Shown here one piece after another: positions 1-14,466 of a stretch of 64,000 bases of DNA. The notes below the pieces were generated by a model. It saw only the letters and a program-made list of their open reading frames with translations. It was not told the DNA's origin and searched no databases. A program made the position numbers and the translations under genes. Within the stretch, counting starts at the first letter, position 1. Every line of letters begins with the position of its first letter. The stretch is from the human T2T-CHM13v2.0 reference genome, Homo sapiens, in assembly GCF_009914755.1 (NCBI RefSeq), contig NC_060936.1; one strand, given 5' to 3'.

Positions 1-399
1 AATATTTTTGCCAAGCTGTAGTAACCATCACATAGCACTCAATGTTTCCTTTGGCTTTTTTTAAAAAAAATCCATGTTCCACTGAAATGGTCTGTAAAAC
101 CAAACAATAGTAGAGGCAACAAAATATATCAGACCTATCTCTGTCATCCTTGAAAGAGAGAAATATAGCACTATAAGGTCTTGGTCAAACCTACACAGCT
201 TTGCAGAGGAGTTTGAAACTACTCATGGTCTACAGACATGTATGGTGGCCATTTTCACATTTACTAGATTCTTCTCTTTCTCCTTTAATGGACTCGATAG
301 GGTGGATGCCCATTGGGATGATGGGGTCGAACCCAGAAGTGTGTCATCCAGATCTGTATGAGATCCTGCCCATCACCACCATGCATGTTAAATGAGGCT

Positions 400-992
400 A
401 TGCATGGTCCGGGGGCCCAGTCATGGTTTGTGTATCCTAGCCCCATGTTTTAATTTTCTACTACCTAAGAATAAATCACAAACCAAGCATGCTTTGCTTG
501 GCTGGTAGTGCTTTAAAAATATTTAGTTGCCAACACTTACAAATTAGTAGATTTTATATAGATACATGGCTTCTTTTAAAAAAATAGATGGGCAATATGG
601 TGTCATGATTGAGAGACAGGACTTGGCAGCCAGAATGGTTGGGTCCAAAATCCTGGCTCTACCACTTATTAGCTATATGTGCTTGAGCACAAAGTACTCA
701 GGTGCCTTAGTTTCCTCATCTGCAAAATGGTGTTCATGAATAACAGTGCTTACCATACAGTTTTTGTTGGGAGGATTATGTGAGCTATTACATGTAAAGA
801 GATTGGATGAGTGCACACATAAGGAATTACATAAATGTTTATTGTTGCTATTATTGTTTAACAACAGTGGACTGTTTCCCACTACCTCCTTTAGATGGAG
901 CCTTTGATTTCCCATTTGCCTCTATCCTCATTGGGCTGATCTCACTCACTGAGTTGCCTCACCCATGAAAGCTTCCGAGTTTGTGACCCTTT
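400..992 (+). mobile_element. MER102-like hAT DNA transposon split by a MIR
   Basis: ttgccaacacttacaaat...ggcttctttt and terminal gagtttgtgaccc resemble MER102. A MIR lies inside at about 595-850. Confidence 0.45.
595..850 (+). mobile_element. MIR SINE
   Basis: MIR core: aatcctggctctaccacttattagct...tagtttcctcatctgcaaaatgg...ggattatgtgag. Confidence 0.7.
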
Positions 993-1749
993 GAATGAGA
1001 ATACACTAGCATTCACTGAGTGCTTGGAATTTGATTGGAGTTCTCCACAGAACCATTCGTTTATTTAGTACATAGTTTTTGAACACCAACTGTGAGACAA
1101 GCGCCTCTGCTCTGGGCACTGGCTATGAAACTCCAGGGAAGTTGAATAAAAAGGAGAGACAGGGCTGGTTAAATCTCCTGAAGTTATTAGGCATGAAATA
1201 GTTTTCTCTCTTCTGTCAAGTGATTCCAAGTGGGAAATCCATACAAACACATCATATGGGGATGGGGAAGGATACTGAATACTTCCAAGAGTGTGGTTAA
1301 GAAGAAAAGGGCAATAAAAGCTTATTAAGTTCTGAAACAGAAAGAAAAAACAATACAACTCTTTGAAATTTCAAACTCCTTGAAATTTCAGCTGAACTGG
1401 TCGAACACACAACTGAAAGCCTGACAAAAAAGAGCAATGATGCTAAATCCTGTGTTATATGATATATATTAGTACTGCCTCTTTCCCATTCATATTTTAT
1501 GAAATGATTTTAATTCAAACTCGTCACTTGTATCTCCAATGCAAGTGTTTTTGTTGTTACTAGATTTGCATTATTTGAGTCATTTACAAGCTTGTTCAGA
1601 ATTCATCGTCGTCATGTGTGTCTACAGCTCTTCTGCAATCCAGCAAGGCGATGTCATTGGAAATTTTATCCCGGATCACAAGAATCCATTTTAATAACAC
1701 TGCAATATTAAGATTTTTCATGCTGCCTATAGATATACATTCTTGGTAC

Positions 1750-4700
1750 TCACAAGGAAACAACTTACTATATTACTTTATAAAATGTATTTTCTTTGTA
1801 CCAAAAATATACACGCATACAATTTAAAGAGTCAAGAATTCTGAAAGAGCCGTCCTCAATTTCTTGCTTCCCCAGATGCTTTCAATTCTTTTGGCTGTTT
1901 CCATATTGCTAAATAATATATGACTATTACTACCAAATTATTTTCTGGTGTTAGTCATTTTCTATTTACTTTCTATTATGAAAGATGAAGAGTTAGTTTC
2001 TCCCACCTCTAGACCACTAACATACTCATATACCCTTCTTGTCCCCCCATTTTCCCAATACCATTTTGTCATAATTTTTGGTATTTATTAATCAACATTT
2101 GGAATTTATTTTAGCATGACTATGTCAACAGCATCCAGAGGTAAGTCATATAGCATTCCATGATTTCTTTCCTTTTCTGCAGAATATGTATTTCCTTTAG
2201 TTATCTGATGTCTTGATGTTTTTGTTTGCTTTGTTTTCTTGTGTTTATTATTAATTCAACTCCTCATATTTCCCAGGATATATAAATCTTCTCTCAATGT
2301 GTCAAATCTTATCAGGAATTCTATCAGAGTTTGCTAATCTGTCTGGACTGGTTGCTTTCTAGGTTTGCTACACAGATCTTGGGGACTTCCTTCCCACAAA
2401 CCCTGGGAACCCAGAGGTTCTCTTCTCTTCTCTCTTGCATCCTTAGATCCCTTGTATCCTGAACCCAACTCTCCCTGTTTCTGGCTTTACTTTCTCTCAC
2501 TCTTGGTGGTGCACATTCTCCAGTAGCTTCTGAGGAAGAGTGCAAGGGAGAAGAGTTTATTGAGACCTTGTAGAGCTGAAAATGTCATTTTCTACCTTCA
2601 TATTTGATTGACTACTTTGCTGAGTAAAGAATTCTAGGCTGGCAATCCTTCTTTTAGAAATTTGAAGGCACTTTTCCATTGCTTTCTAGCTTCCAGAGTT
2701 GTTGTTGAAAAGCCTGATGCTGAGAAATGCAAATCAAAACCACAATGAGATACCATCTCACACCAGTTAGAATGGCGATCATTAAAAAGTCAGGAAACAA
2801 CAGGTGCTGGAGAGGATGTGGAGAAACAGGAACACTTTTACACTGTTGGTGGGACTGTAAAGTAGTTCAACCATTGTAGAAGATAGTGTGGCAATTCCTC
2901 AGGGATCTAGAACTAGAAATACCATTTGACCCAGCCATCCCATTACTGGGTATATACCCAAAGGATTATAAATCATGCTGCTATAAAGACACATGCACAC
3001 GTATGTTTATTGGGCACTATTCAGGATAGCAAAGACTTAGAACCAACCCAAATGTCCAACAAAGATAGACTGGATTAAGAAAATGTGGCACATATACACC
3101 ATGGAATACTATGCAGCCATAAAAAATAATGAGTTCATGTCCTTTGTAGGGACATGGATGAAGCTGGAAACCATCATTCTCAGCAAACTATCGCAAGGAC
3201 AAAAAACCAAACACCGCATATTCTCACTCATAGGTGGGAACCGAACAATGAGAACACATGGACACAGGAAGGGGAACATCACACACCGGGGACAGTTGTG
3301 GGGTGGGGGAAGGGGGGAGGGATAGCATTAGGAGATATACCTAATGCTAAATGACGAGTGAATGGGTGCAGCACACCAACATGGCACATGTATACATATG
3401 TAACAAACCTGCACATTGTGCACGTGTACCCTAAAACTTAAAGTATAATAATAATAAAATAAAAAAAGAAAAGCCTGATGCTATTCTGATTATTTGATTA
3501 TTGTTTGTATTATTCTAACACATTGTATGACACCCCATCATGCCCTGCTGCTCCAGCACCACAACCCTGTAAGATTACTGCTTCGTCCAGTGTTCTCAGA
3601 TCTCTTGATGACAAGCTTTTCTGTGGGTATTTCCATCCATAGGTATGGACCCATCATTTTGGAAATAAATCCCTTAATTCTAAGACATTTATACAATTAT
3701 TTCTTTAATGTGTTTCTTTCCTCTTTCTTTCTGTAACACCTATTACTTGGATGTTGTGTCATTTGTACTCAACCTGTATAATTTTCTCATCTATTCTAGA
3801 TTCTTCACTTATTTGTTGTTCTAATTTCTGAACATTTTCCTTAACTTTATTTTCCAATATTTGTATAGAAGTTTAGTTTTTTCATTTCTCTTAATTTTCA
3901 AGGCCCACTTTTTTCCCCCTCTGAATGTCATTTTGTAATAGCGTCCACTCCCTGCTCACCTCATGAATGCAATATATTTGTTGCTAATGATGTCAATGAT
4001 AGGTTTCTCTTTGTTTGGTTTGTTTTCTTCTTCCTGAATGTGCTAATTCTCTGATTTCCCCCTTTGTTTCTGGTGACAGCCTCGCATATTAGATTCTTCC
4101 TCAAGTGTCCATTTTTCTCTTAGCTGTCTGTTTATATTAAAGAGTGTGGTCCTAAAGAGCTGTTCAAAAGCTTGGTGTACCCAAGTAGGGCTTGTGGACT
4201 GTGGGTCTTAAGTGTAAGTTGAGGCCAGGCTGTTTATTTGGGTCAGATGGTCCTGAATTTTCCTACCACTTGAAGGCTATTAAACTTGGCTATCTGGCTT
4301 CTTTAAGCTTCCTGGGGGAAGAAGGCTCTCAGTCTCAACATTCAGTATGCAAACCTTCACCTAATTTCCATTTTTAAAGCAGTACTGCTGCATTCAGCTG
4401 TGTGCTCTCAGTCCAAAGAACTCTCTATTGCATGCTTTCCAGAGAATAAAACTCCAGGCTTCTGCCAGGGTAGGGGAAGGGTACTTCGGAGTCGGAGAAG
4501 GCATCTAAAGACTAAGGTCATTCTTAGCAGTCTTTAAACCAATCCTCCTGCCTTAGGATTTTCCATCAAATGTACTTCCCGAAGTTTCTGGTCCCTGAAC
4601 CTGTACTCCAAAGGGAGTACAGGATAGAAATTAGGCTCACTATCAGCTTCCCCTCTGCTTCTTTACTTAAATTCATCTTTCTTTATCTTCTTTGCCAAAT

Positions 4701-4830
4701 TTGGTTGCTGTTGTCTATTTTCCTTTTCTTTTTGTCCTTATGAGTTTTTGCCCTTTGAAAAATCTTATATTGTCATTTAAAGTGGAGTGTAGGGTGGGAG
4801 AAGAAGTAAAGGCTTGTGTTCAAGCTACTG
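1750..4830 (-). mobile_element. Ancient degraded L1M-type element interrupted by the L1PA insertion
   Basis: T-rich degenerate sequence with L1M-like antisense motifs (agaattctaggctggcaat, tttgaaggcacttttccattgctttctagcttcc). Boundaries are approximate. Confidence 0.55.
2722..3467 (+). mobile_element. 5'-truncated young L1PA (L1PA3/4-like) 3' end, 746 bp
   Basis: ORF2 C-terminus, G-rich 3'UTR and A-tail. Perfect 15-bp TSD GAAAAGCCTGATGCT at 2707-2721 and 3468-3482. GAG rather than ACA at the Ta diagnostic site. Confidence 0.93.
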
Positions 4831-4836
4831 TCTTTT

Positions 4837-5628
4837 AGAAACAGAGCAGGGACCCCTCTTAGGAGCCTGCTGAGCACCACCCCCCAAACATAGAAGTATA
4901 AAAAAAATAGTATTTTCAAGGGAAATTCCAGGCACCTAGGTAGGCTTGAAAAGTCAATTAACAACCCTATAAGCAAGAAGATACAATACTGAGAACTTAA
5001 ACAATAGTTTCCCAAGCAAGTCAGCATCACAAAGCATTTTGGTTCCCCATAGAAACTAAAAGATAATATATTAACATATGTTCTTATGTTGTTTTTCAGA
5101 AACCTGGACCCACACCAGATGGAAAATGCTGACCACCATTACATAGACCTCAGAGATCTCATGGAGATAAGGAAGAAGTGAGAACTGAACTCTACCATTT
5201 TTTGTTCTAAATTTCTTCCTGAGAGACCTGGAGAGAGTCACGCCTAAAGGCCACACCTTAACATTCCTTTTTTGCGGATCCTAAGTTTTTAGACAAAGCC
5301 CTGCTTCTTTAACCAACTGCAAATCAAAAAAAATTCTCTGAATCCACCTATGACCTGTAAGCCCCCACTTTAAGATACCTGCCTTTTGGGGCCAAACCAA
5401 TGTAAAGTCTCCATGTATTGATTTATGACTTTGCCTATAACCTCTGCCTTCTACCTTTAAAAACCATCTAGGCCATCAGGGAGTTCAAGTCTTAAGCATT
5501 AGTTGCCCAATTCTCCTTGCTTGGCACCCTGCAACAAATGCTTCACTTTCTCTCGCTGAAAATCCTAGTGTCACTGTTTGGCATTTTCTGTATGCTGGGC
5601 AAGTGGACCCAAGTTTGGTTTGGTAACA
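4837..5628 (+). mobile_element. ERV1-class solo LTR (MER39/MER34-like)
   Basis: Starts gaaacagagcagggacccctcttagg and ends ...gtggacccaagtttggtttggtaaca. Flanked by 4-bp tttt repeats. Family name from memory. Confidence 0.6.
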
Positions 5629-6892
5629 TTTTGACCTCAGAAATTTAAAAACCACTCATCATCACACACACACATACAAACTCTTAATCATTCAGCTTTA
5701 CTTTAATTGCAACCATATACATCATACATGGTAAGTAAAACAAGTTAATTGATTTGAAATGGAGCAGTGAGTAGAGCTTTTTACTGCAAAGTTGGCAAAA
5801 TAACAGGAACCAATCTCTTCTAAATATACTTTAAAACTTAGGGGAAAAATGACAGATTTGTTGTGCTTGTCATCACAAAGGCTGCTTCATGATTTTATAA
5901 GAAAATAAAGCAAGCCTTTGTTCCTGCAAACAATTCAGTCAGAACTAAAAAGGAAAGACAGTGAATTCACTGTACTCACAAAATACTGTCTTTTGCTTTT
6001 CTGATATAGGATATAGGGAGTTTCATCAATCAGATGGTGACAGGGATGAGTGGTGTGGTGAAAATAAAGCCAGTGCTAAGTCAGAGACAATGGGTTTGGA
6101 TCCCTGCTTCACTTTTTATTAGCCCCTGGTCTTTGGGCAGGTTACCCAGCTGAGTTGTTCTTTCCTCTTTGTAAAATGGAGATAGATGTCACAGAGCTAC
6201 TTTCAGGATTAAGTAAGAAAACACATAAAACTGCATAGTGCCATGCCTGGTACAAAGTAGACACAAACCCCTGTAATAAAACCTCAAGGGAAAACACCCA
6301 TGTAAAAAGGACTTTATTGATAATGGGATGTGACAGAGACAATCAGGATTCGCTGACTCGAAAGAGAGGTGGGCTGTGAGGAAGGTGTGAGCTCTGGGAT
6401 TTCTGACTGGTTAAGGTGTGGAGGCATCAGGATGTGACTTCCAGTCCTGAACTGCATCCTTCTGCTAGGCTGTTCCACTTTATTTGCTACAATAAATCAC
6501 TCTATATTACAGCAATAACATCAATAAAAGCAATGCCTGGTGCTAATATGCTGCAAATGTGTCATCGGAACTTAAGAAAATTAGTCTGAAACTGCTCACT
6601 GTGTCTAAAATCAGACAGACTCATTTCTCAGTCAATTAGGTATGAAGAGTGAGCCGTAAAGGCTCTGCTGGTATGCTTCCAGAGATGAGGGGCTGTTTCT
6701 TAATACTTAGAGCTTGCACAAGGTGAAGACGACAGAAAGAGGACTTGGTATAGAGATAATGAGAAGAATCAAGTCCTTGCAGCACCTCGGTTTCACTAAC
6801 AGTATCCGTGTGTGTCTGAGAAGAGGGTTCCCAGATTTCCTTCTTATGTTGGCACTAGATTTTGTGGGCTGGAGCTGTGCTTAAAATATTTT

Positions 6893-7243
<351 letters not shown>

Positions 7244-10019
7244 TCATCATCATTAATGTTTGTTAGGGTTCACAATGTGTTTAAGGCATTTTACATATAG
7301 TAATTCATTTAATCTTGTCAACAATACTATGAAGAAGGTAATATGTACACCATTTTCTAGATGAAGAAACGGCACAGAGAGGATGAGGGAATCAGGGCAT
7401 GAGACAGTCTAGGCTCTGAGTCCTTGCTCTTAATCATTTTCTAAGTCAGTCTTTCTTCTGTCTATGCATCAGCCTTTGCACAAACATTTATATTCATTTA
7501 TCATCTCCCTTGGAAGCTCATTTCTTGGAGTACATAGTGCTTAGTAAAACATTTGCAGGTAAAGCTTCTTATTCATTCACTCAGCAAATGGAGGCATTAT
7601 ATAAGCACATTGTATGTCAGGAACTGTGCTAGGCCTCAGGATTTTACTAACTCATAACAATGAAAATGGATTCTGGCCTTTTTGTTTTTCTTTTTTTAAA
7701 GAGCAAAGTCTGCTTTGTCATCTGGCAAAATATGAGTATTTCCCATGAGGAGACACAAAAGTCAGCGTGGTGGTGACGACTAGTTGTGCAAATGGAGCTG
7801 TAGCTCTAGAAGAACTGACAAGCATGTTTGACAAGCTCATGTATCATTTCTCTGTCCGGGAATAGCATAACACTTTCAGCTTCCATGAATGCGTTTGCTT
7901 GTGGCTGGCTAAAATGCAAGCCATCTTTATGGGGGTTTTTAGATTGTTGCCATTATTGCTACTAAAACCCATTTTAGAAGTAAAACACTCATGCAAAACA
8001 AAACACCATCATAAAGCATAATATTAAATGATTCTTCATGTGGATAAAACAAATATTTTGTAGTTTGTGTACAAGACTACATCTCAAACAAATTAGCATA
8101 TAAATGTCTACTTTTTAATAAGAAATACACCATAGGGTATTTTTAGATGGATACTTTCTGACTAAATTATATTTTTTATTTATATCAATCTGTAACTAAG
8201 AATACATCTATTGTATAAAACAAAATTAAAGACAATATTCCTACTTAAAATTTGAGAGTAAAATAACTGTGTGGCAGTGGTGATAAAGCTTCTGAGGAAT
8301 AGATGACTTCACAATACCAACCAGCAGGAAGCATCTAGAAGGACAGGGTGTATATTCTTAAAATTTAGCCTAGGGCTTAGAGCATGGTGGACACTCAGAA
8401 TGCATTTGTTGAGGGAAGGCAGAAGAATGAAAGAATGGAAGTGGGGGCAGGGTTTCTGTGTACAGAGGCAGGTTATATAGTGCACAACTCCAAGACGCAC
8501 CACTCCCACAGCTAGTTCTGACAGAATAAATGAATGGATTGGAATAAACAAAAGAGAATAACCTTAAAGTTGCATGAGGGTTTGCATGCAGAAGCCATCT
8601 TGAGCCCTAAATATGTTTGGAACAGTAAATTCTGATATGCTTTCTTAATTTTAGTAGCCCTAGTTGTTGACACTATAGTGACATACCATCTTTGCTGCAT
8701 AGTGAAAAAACTGAGAGGCTAAGTGACCCAATTAAAGGAATAAATGACTTTAGGAGCACTTAGGATAGTGCTGGAGTCTCTAAAATCCCATTCCATCTTT
8801 CTACTTTTCTCCCACTAGGTCACATTAGGGTTTGGGGGGATCTAGGCTCTCTCCCATACATGTGGCTTCTTGCTCTTAATATTTATTTTGAATTGCAGTA
8901 CCGTTCTTTTTAGTGTTGCAGTAGATATGTGTGGGTTATTGGTTATAAATAAAATTTCATTTTTCAGTATTAAATTTGTATCGTCCATGTTGAATCAGAC
9001 AGCACCATTTCATACTGCCCAATTGAGAACTTTTATTTATTTTTTGCCTGAACCACTGACAGAAATGCTATCCAACAGAGTGCAGTGAGGCACTTTTATG
9101 TGGCCTCATCACTCTTTCTTGAAGAAACCAGCTCTTGGTCACAGTCATTACCTCTACGTCTCCTTTGGTCTTTAGGCATTTAACATTTGCTTCATTTTCT
9201 TGGGACATTTATGGATGCATTTAGTCTATGGATATTAAAAGCCCCCCAAAACCCTCAATTTCCATTCTATGAAAGTCCACTGGAGCTAACACTTTCAAAG
9301 TTGTTTTTACCAAAGCAGTTATAAAACTAAAGCCCGAGGAAAGGAGGGAATTGAGTACATTTATATGCTCCACTTTTCTTTCTGGTTCAGTTTTCCAGAC
9401 ACTGTGCACTATGGAGGAATTCAAGGATTTACTTAAAGTAAGAGACATTGTTTTAGTCTTGTGAAAAGGATTATAGATGCTTAGTGGACAGATGGGAAGA
9501 TAGTCTTAAAAGTAAATAAAGGTAATTTTTGTTAAATAGATTATAAAAACTTAATTCACAATACACTGTGAATTAATATACAATATGCTAATAATATATA
9601 TTATACGATATACTAATAATTCACAATATAAAATGTAGAGAATCTATATGCATCTATCTCTCATCTAATTATTTATCTAGTTGTGTGAGATACATGTTTA
9701 TCTCACCAGGACTCATCACTTGCCAAGCACTGTACTAGGTATATAAATATGGATTTTATTCAATAATTAAAACAATCCTATATTTTCTAGCTATCCTTAT
9801 TTTCATTTTACAGATGAAGAAATATAAGATTGGAGAGAGTTTGAGTAACTTGTCTCATTCATACAGCCAGTAAGTGCTGGAGGTGTGACTGACTCCACAT
9901 TTTTGTATCATGATATAAAAACTTCGCAAAGACATATAAAACATTTGTTACACCTGCAAACCATTTGACAACACAGTTTTCTAATGCCTTTAAAAATTAT
10001 TTAAAAGAAATAACTTCTA

Positions 10020-10175
<156 letters not shown>

Positions 10176-10319
10176 TTAGGAATACTTGTATCATAATCAT
10201 ATGTAGCTAAAACTGTAGGAACTGAAGATGAAGGCCTTTAAAATCCTGGTAAATTAAGCTCCTGGTGATGAATACACTTCCTATCCACAGGCAACTGTGC
10301 ATAATTCACACCAACAGTT

Positions 10320-10490
10320 GAGTTCCGTATTTCTCAAGTGTGATGCATGCACCATCTACATCAAATTTACCTGGAATGGGAGTTACAAATAATGATTCCT
10401 GAATAATTCCAATCTATGAATCAGAATCTCTAAAGATGAGGCCTAGAGATCTCTAGGTGAATCTCAGGCATAGTAAAGTTTAAGAACCTT
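10320..10490. mobile_element. MER5A-like DNA transposon fragment
   Basis: tttctcaagtgtgatgcatg...aatcagaatctct...ggtgaatctcaggcatagtaaagtttaagaacc. Confidence 0.5.
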
Positions 10491-12676
10491 AGGTCCTATT
10501 ATATTCTTTCCACCCCCAACCATATTTTCCAAGAGTGTGCTATTCAGTAATTCTTCCCCCCACCCCCACTCCTATTTATTGTTTGAAGGTACCTGGGAAA
10601 ACAGATTTCAGGAGAGATGTCAGTTTGGTGTGATGGTTGCTGATTGGGCAGTGAGAGTGGGTGGAGAGGTGCCTTAATTTGTAATGTGAAAAGTACAATT
10701 AAAGAGGTAGAATCAGGAGTGACATTCAAAATATTTCACAACCAAAACAGTACTGGTTATCAATCAAAAAAGACTAAAACAACCAATCAAACTAGATGCT
10801 GACCACAGAGTTGGAACACAGGGACCTAGCAGATTCCAACTACATTAAATGATCCTTTAGTTTCTGTATAATGAGGAGCTTTTAGAGATTCCAGAGAGGA
10901 TCACAGGGCACTGGAAGGGAGTGAAAGTGGGCTCAGATACTGGCCAGTCAGTATAGAAGTAAGCTAATATCAAAGCAACAGAGAGAGAACCAGTGTACAC
11001 TGGCTGAATCTCAACGCAGGACAGAGCTAAGCTGATTTTATCCAGACCTAATTAATGTCTGAGAAAGGAAGAAATTGCTACAGATTCTTAAATATACTCT
11101 TCTTAAAATTCCTTAACAGTCAGAAAGACCTTTAATTAATGATAAGGTTAAAATGGAAATATCCATTGAAGAGATAGCATCTATTCATGCTAAGTTGCTA
11201 ATGACTATAATCCTTTCTGATGGTTTTGGAAAGAAGTGGGGAGAGGCTTCAGGAACAGTGGAAACTTTAGCATAAGCAGAGGATTGTGGGATGGGTGAGC
11301 TATCCACTTGGCCGGCTTGATCAGCTTGACTCAAGGCAGGTGCCTATCCAGCACACAGACAATTAACCACAGCAGAACCATTAGGCACTCAGGCCCTTAG
11401 CTTAATTTACTAACCACATAGTTAACACATTTGAGTCTGTGCAAAGTGGAGGTGATGGTTAGGACTGGATTCATGGAAAGAGAGAGAGGACTCCCTTCTT
11501 TGTTTGGCCTTGAATTGCTCTTCTTGACCTCTCATCCTTTCTGAGGAAAAATTCAGGTATTAAATGTCTCACAAGACCAGAATCTGATTTTTCAACTCAG
11601 AAGTTTTGCCATACAGTGTTAAACTGGAGAGCACAATAGAAATTTGATTTCCCTGGGCCCGCCTAGCTTTTAGAAAGCCACCTATAAAAAAGGATCCCCA
11701 GACTGGCCCTCTCAGCATCAGTGGTGCTATGGGGTCTTCCTTCTCTGGGCTCCCTCCTTCGCTCTGGTTTTTATTTACTTCAGAGGGGAGCGAGGCAATC
11801 AGCTGCCTTTCCCATTTCCTCCCTCGACCAAGTGAGTGTCACGGACTGAGTTAACACCTTTGACTTCGGGGTTGTCTTCAGCTAACACTCTCATGGGCCA
11901 GGAAGTGAATCCACATATATTTATTTGTTTATTTATTCACTAAGAATTTGTATCCTTTCAATTTCTCAGTAGGACTTGAGATAGAGCAAATTATTTCCCA
12001 CAGGAGATTTGAAAAAGACTGGCTAATCTGAAAAAGAGAAATGAAGTAGGTAAAAAACCACTTAGGTGTGCTTTACTTCCTGACTTCAGGAGCTGCAAAT
12101 GTCATAAATATTTCCTTACAAAATATTTTCCAATCTATGCCTTTCCTGAGTCCTCCCCATACTGCGCTTTAACAACAAAAGGCTAATTGCCACCTTCCTT
12201 CTACCTTCAAAGTGACAGTTTAAGAATTTGGAATTAGCATGCACACTGGGGGCAGAGAGGGCCTTTGGAAGTGGCCAGGTTTTGCCCATATGCACCAGCA
12301 GCCAGTCAGCAGAGAGAAGGAAGAAAGAAGCAAGTGTGTATGAGGAGAGAGCCTGTGCCTGGCCTTGACAGCCATTGAAGTCAGGTTCTAGCCCTTCCTG
12401 GCTGTGAAACACAGATTGCGCTTCCAGTGAATGCCTCTTCTCTGATTAAACCAGGTGGAGTGCATGTTTCTTGCTGGCAACTGAAAGATCCCTGATGAAC
12501 ACATTGATTCGGTAGAGGAAATGGGATGAGGGCATGCAGAAAGCCTCCACACAAGTGTTTACGGGCATAGCAGAAAAAAATGATTTGATTACTTGGATAA
12601 AGCACACAAATGGCCCATAAGTAAATGTGCATGAAGCATCACTATTTGTAGAACTCATTTCACAAACGTGTGACCA

Positions 12677-12978
12677 TTTTTTTTTTTTTTTTTGGAGACT
12701 GGTTCTCACTCTGTCACCCAGGCTGGAGTACAGTGGCACAATCACAGTTCACTGCAGCCTTGACCTCTGCAGGCTCAGGTGATCCTCTTGCCTCAGTCTC
12801 CCAAGTAGCTAGAACTACAAGCACCTGCCATCACGCCCAGCTAATTTTTGTATTTTCTGTAGAGATGGGGTTTCCGCCATGTTGCCTAGGCTGGTCTCAA
12901 ACTCCCAGGCTCAAGTGATCCGTCCACCTCAGCCTCCTAAAAGGCTGTGATTACAGGCGGAGCCACTGCACCTGTCCT
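12677..12978 (-). mobile_element. Alu (AluJ-like)
   Basis: Poly(T) followed by a reverse-complement Alu body. Confidence 0.9.
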
Positions 12979-14175
12979 ACCCATTTAATATTTTCTGTTT
13001 TAAGAAACAGTTCTCTGTGAAAGGGGAGGGGAGCATACACATATTTGTACATATGTATCTGTATATCTGTATATGTATATAGCATCTTGCCCATGATGCT
13101 AAGCTTGTGTAAGTGAGGTCTTTGAAACACAAGGGCCAGAAAATGCTGTTCTAGAATAGTTACTACAGCAACATTTTGCTTTTATAAATTTTTAATCCAG
13201 GGAAACTTGACCAAGATTAACATTGTTAATGACACTGCAGGAGATATTATCACTTCCTGGAAAACAGTAATGAATCACTTCTGACTACATGAGATTTGAA
13301 ATATTCATAATGATGAACAAATATCAACTAATAAATCTCTTTGATCAAGCTGCGGCTTCATTTTAATCTTTAAATGCCAACATGATTTATTTTATATTTG
13401 TTATTTTTTCTTTATATAATGATTTGGCTGCTAAAGCAAAGGCATATTTAATTTGGGGTTTCTTAAAGAAACACTAGTAAAGAGGAAAAGGTCCAATATT
13501 TGGAAAAACAGCAGGTTTAGAGGAAGTACATAGAATCTAAGAACAAATGATGTTTATTTTGTTAGACTCGCATGTAATTATTTTGTACTTCCCTGATTTT
13601 GCTTTATCTTTGTTAATGCTATAATTAAAAACACATTTGGGTAAACAAAGGTCTCCTTCTTTCCAAGTGGTCTGCTTTTCTGCCTGAAGCATTCATTGTT
13701 AGCACCGTAAGATAACAACCACACCGTAATTCATCAATGCAGACACCCTTTGTGAGGAACGTGAACGTTTAACTCCCACCAATGCAGAGAAAGGCACTGG
13801 GGGCTCCATAATGATGGCAAACATTATTTGATAGGATTCTCACCGAGACTTCTTTCCAGAACAAAGATATATATTTTTTTCCAACAAAATAACTTCAGAC
13901 TTAAAGTAGAAACTTCAGGTATTATTCATGATATTAGTTGGAGATGGGTGTTTAAAAGGCAGTAACAAACAAGGCAAAATATAAATTGTGCATATATTAT
14001 GGTTACAGCTTTATAAAATTATATGTATGGTAAGGATTTTGGTAAGAAATATTAAAAATTTAAACATATTTATTAGCATGATGGGGTTATAAGCACCTTT
14101 TACTTAAAACAATTTCATTAAAGTTACTATGCTGTTTGTGGAGTATAGTACCTATATTTAAAGAGACAGATTTGG

Positions 14176-14466
14176 GGCCAGGCGCAGTGGCTCACACCTG
14201 TAACCCTAGCACTTTGGGAGGCTGAGGCAGGCGGATTGCCTGAGCTCAGGAGTTTGAGACCAGCCTGGCCAACATGGTGAAACCTTGTCTCTACTAAAGA
14301 TACAAAAATACTTAGCCAGGCTTGGTGGCACATGCCTATAATCCCAGCTACTTGGGAGGCTGAGGCACAAGAATTGGTTGAACCCAGGAGACGGAGGTTG
14401 ATAGCACCACTGCACTCTAGCCTGGGTAACAGAGCAAGACTCTGTCTCCAAAAAAAAAAAAAAAAA
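14176..14466 (+). mobile_element. Alu (AluS-like) with a small deletion in the right arm
   Basis: ggccaggcgcagtggctcac... with A-tail. TSD-like agag(ac)agatttggg on both sides. Confidence 0.9.

Noticed and set aside
1358-1391. 14-bp palindrome tttgaaatttcaaa within a short tandem duplication
   Set aside because: Low-complexity AT-rich slippage product with no functional indication.
1596-1699. Possible alternative terminal GRIP1 exon (attgcag|TG TTA TTA AAA TGG ... DTHDDDEF*), in phase with the 81-nt exon and containing several CpGs
   Set aside because: Poor polypyrimidine tract, no nearby poly(A) signal and no recognisable homology. Phase match occurs one time in three by chance.
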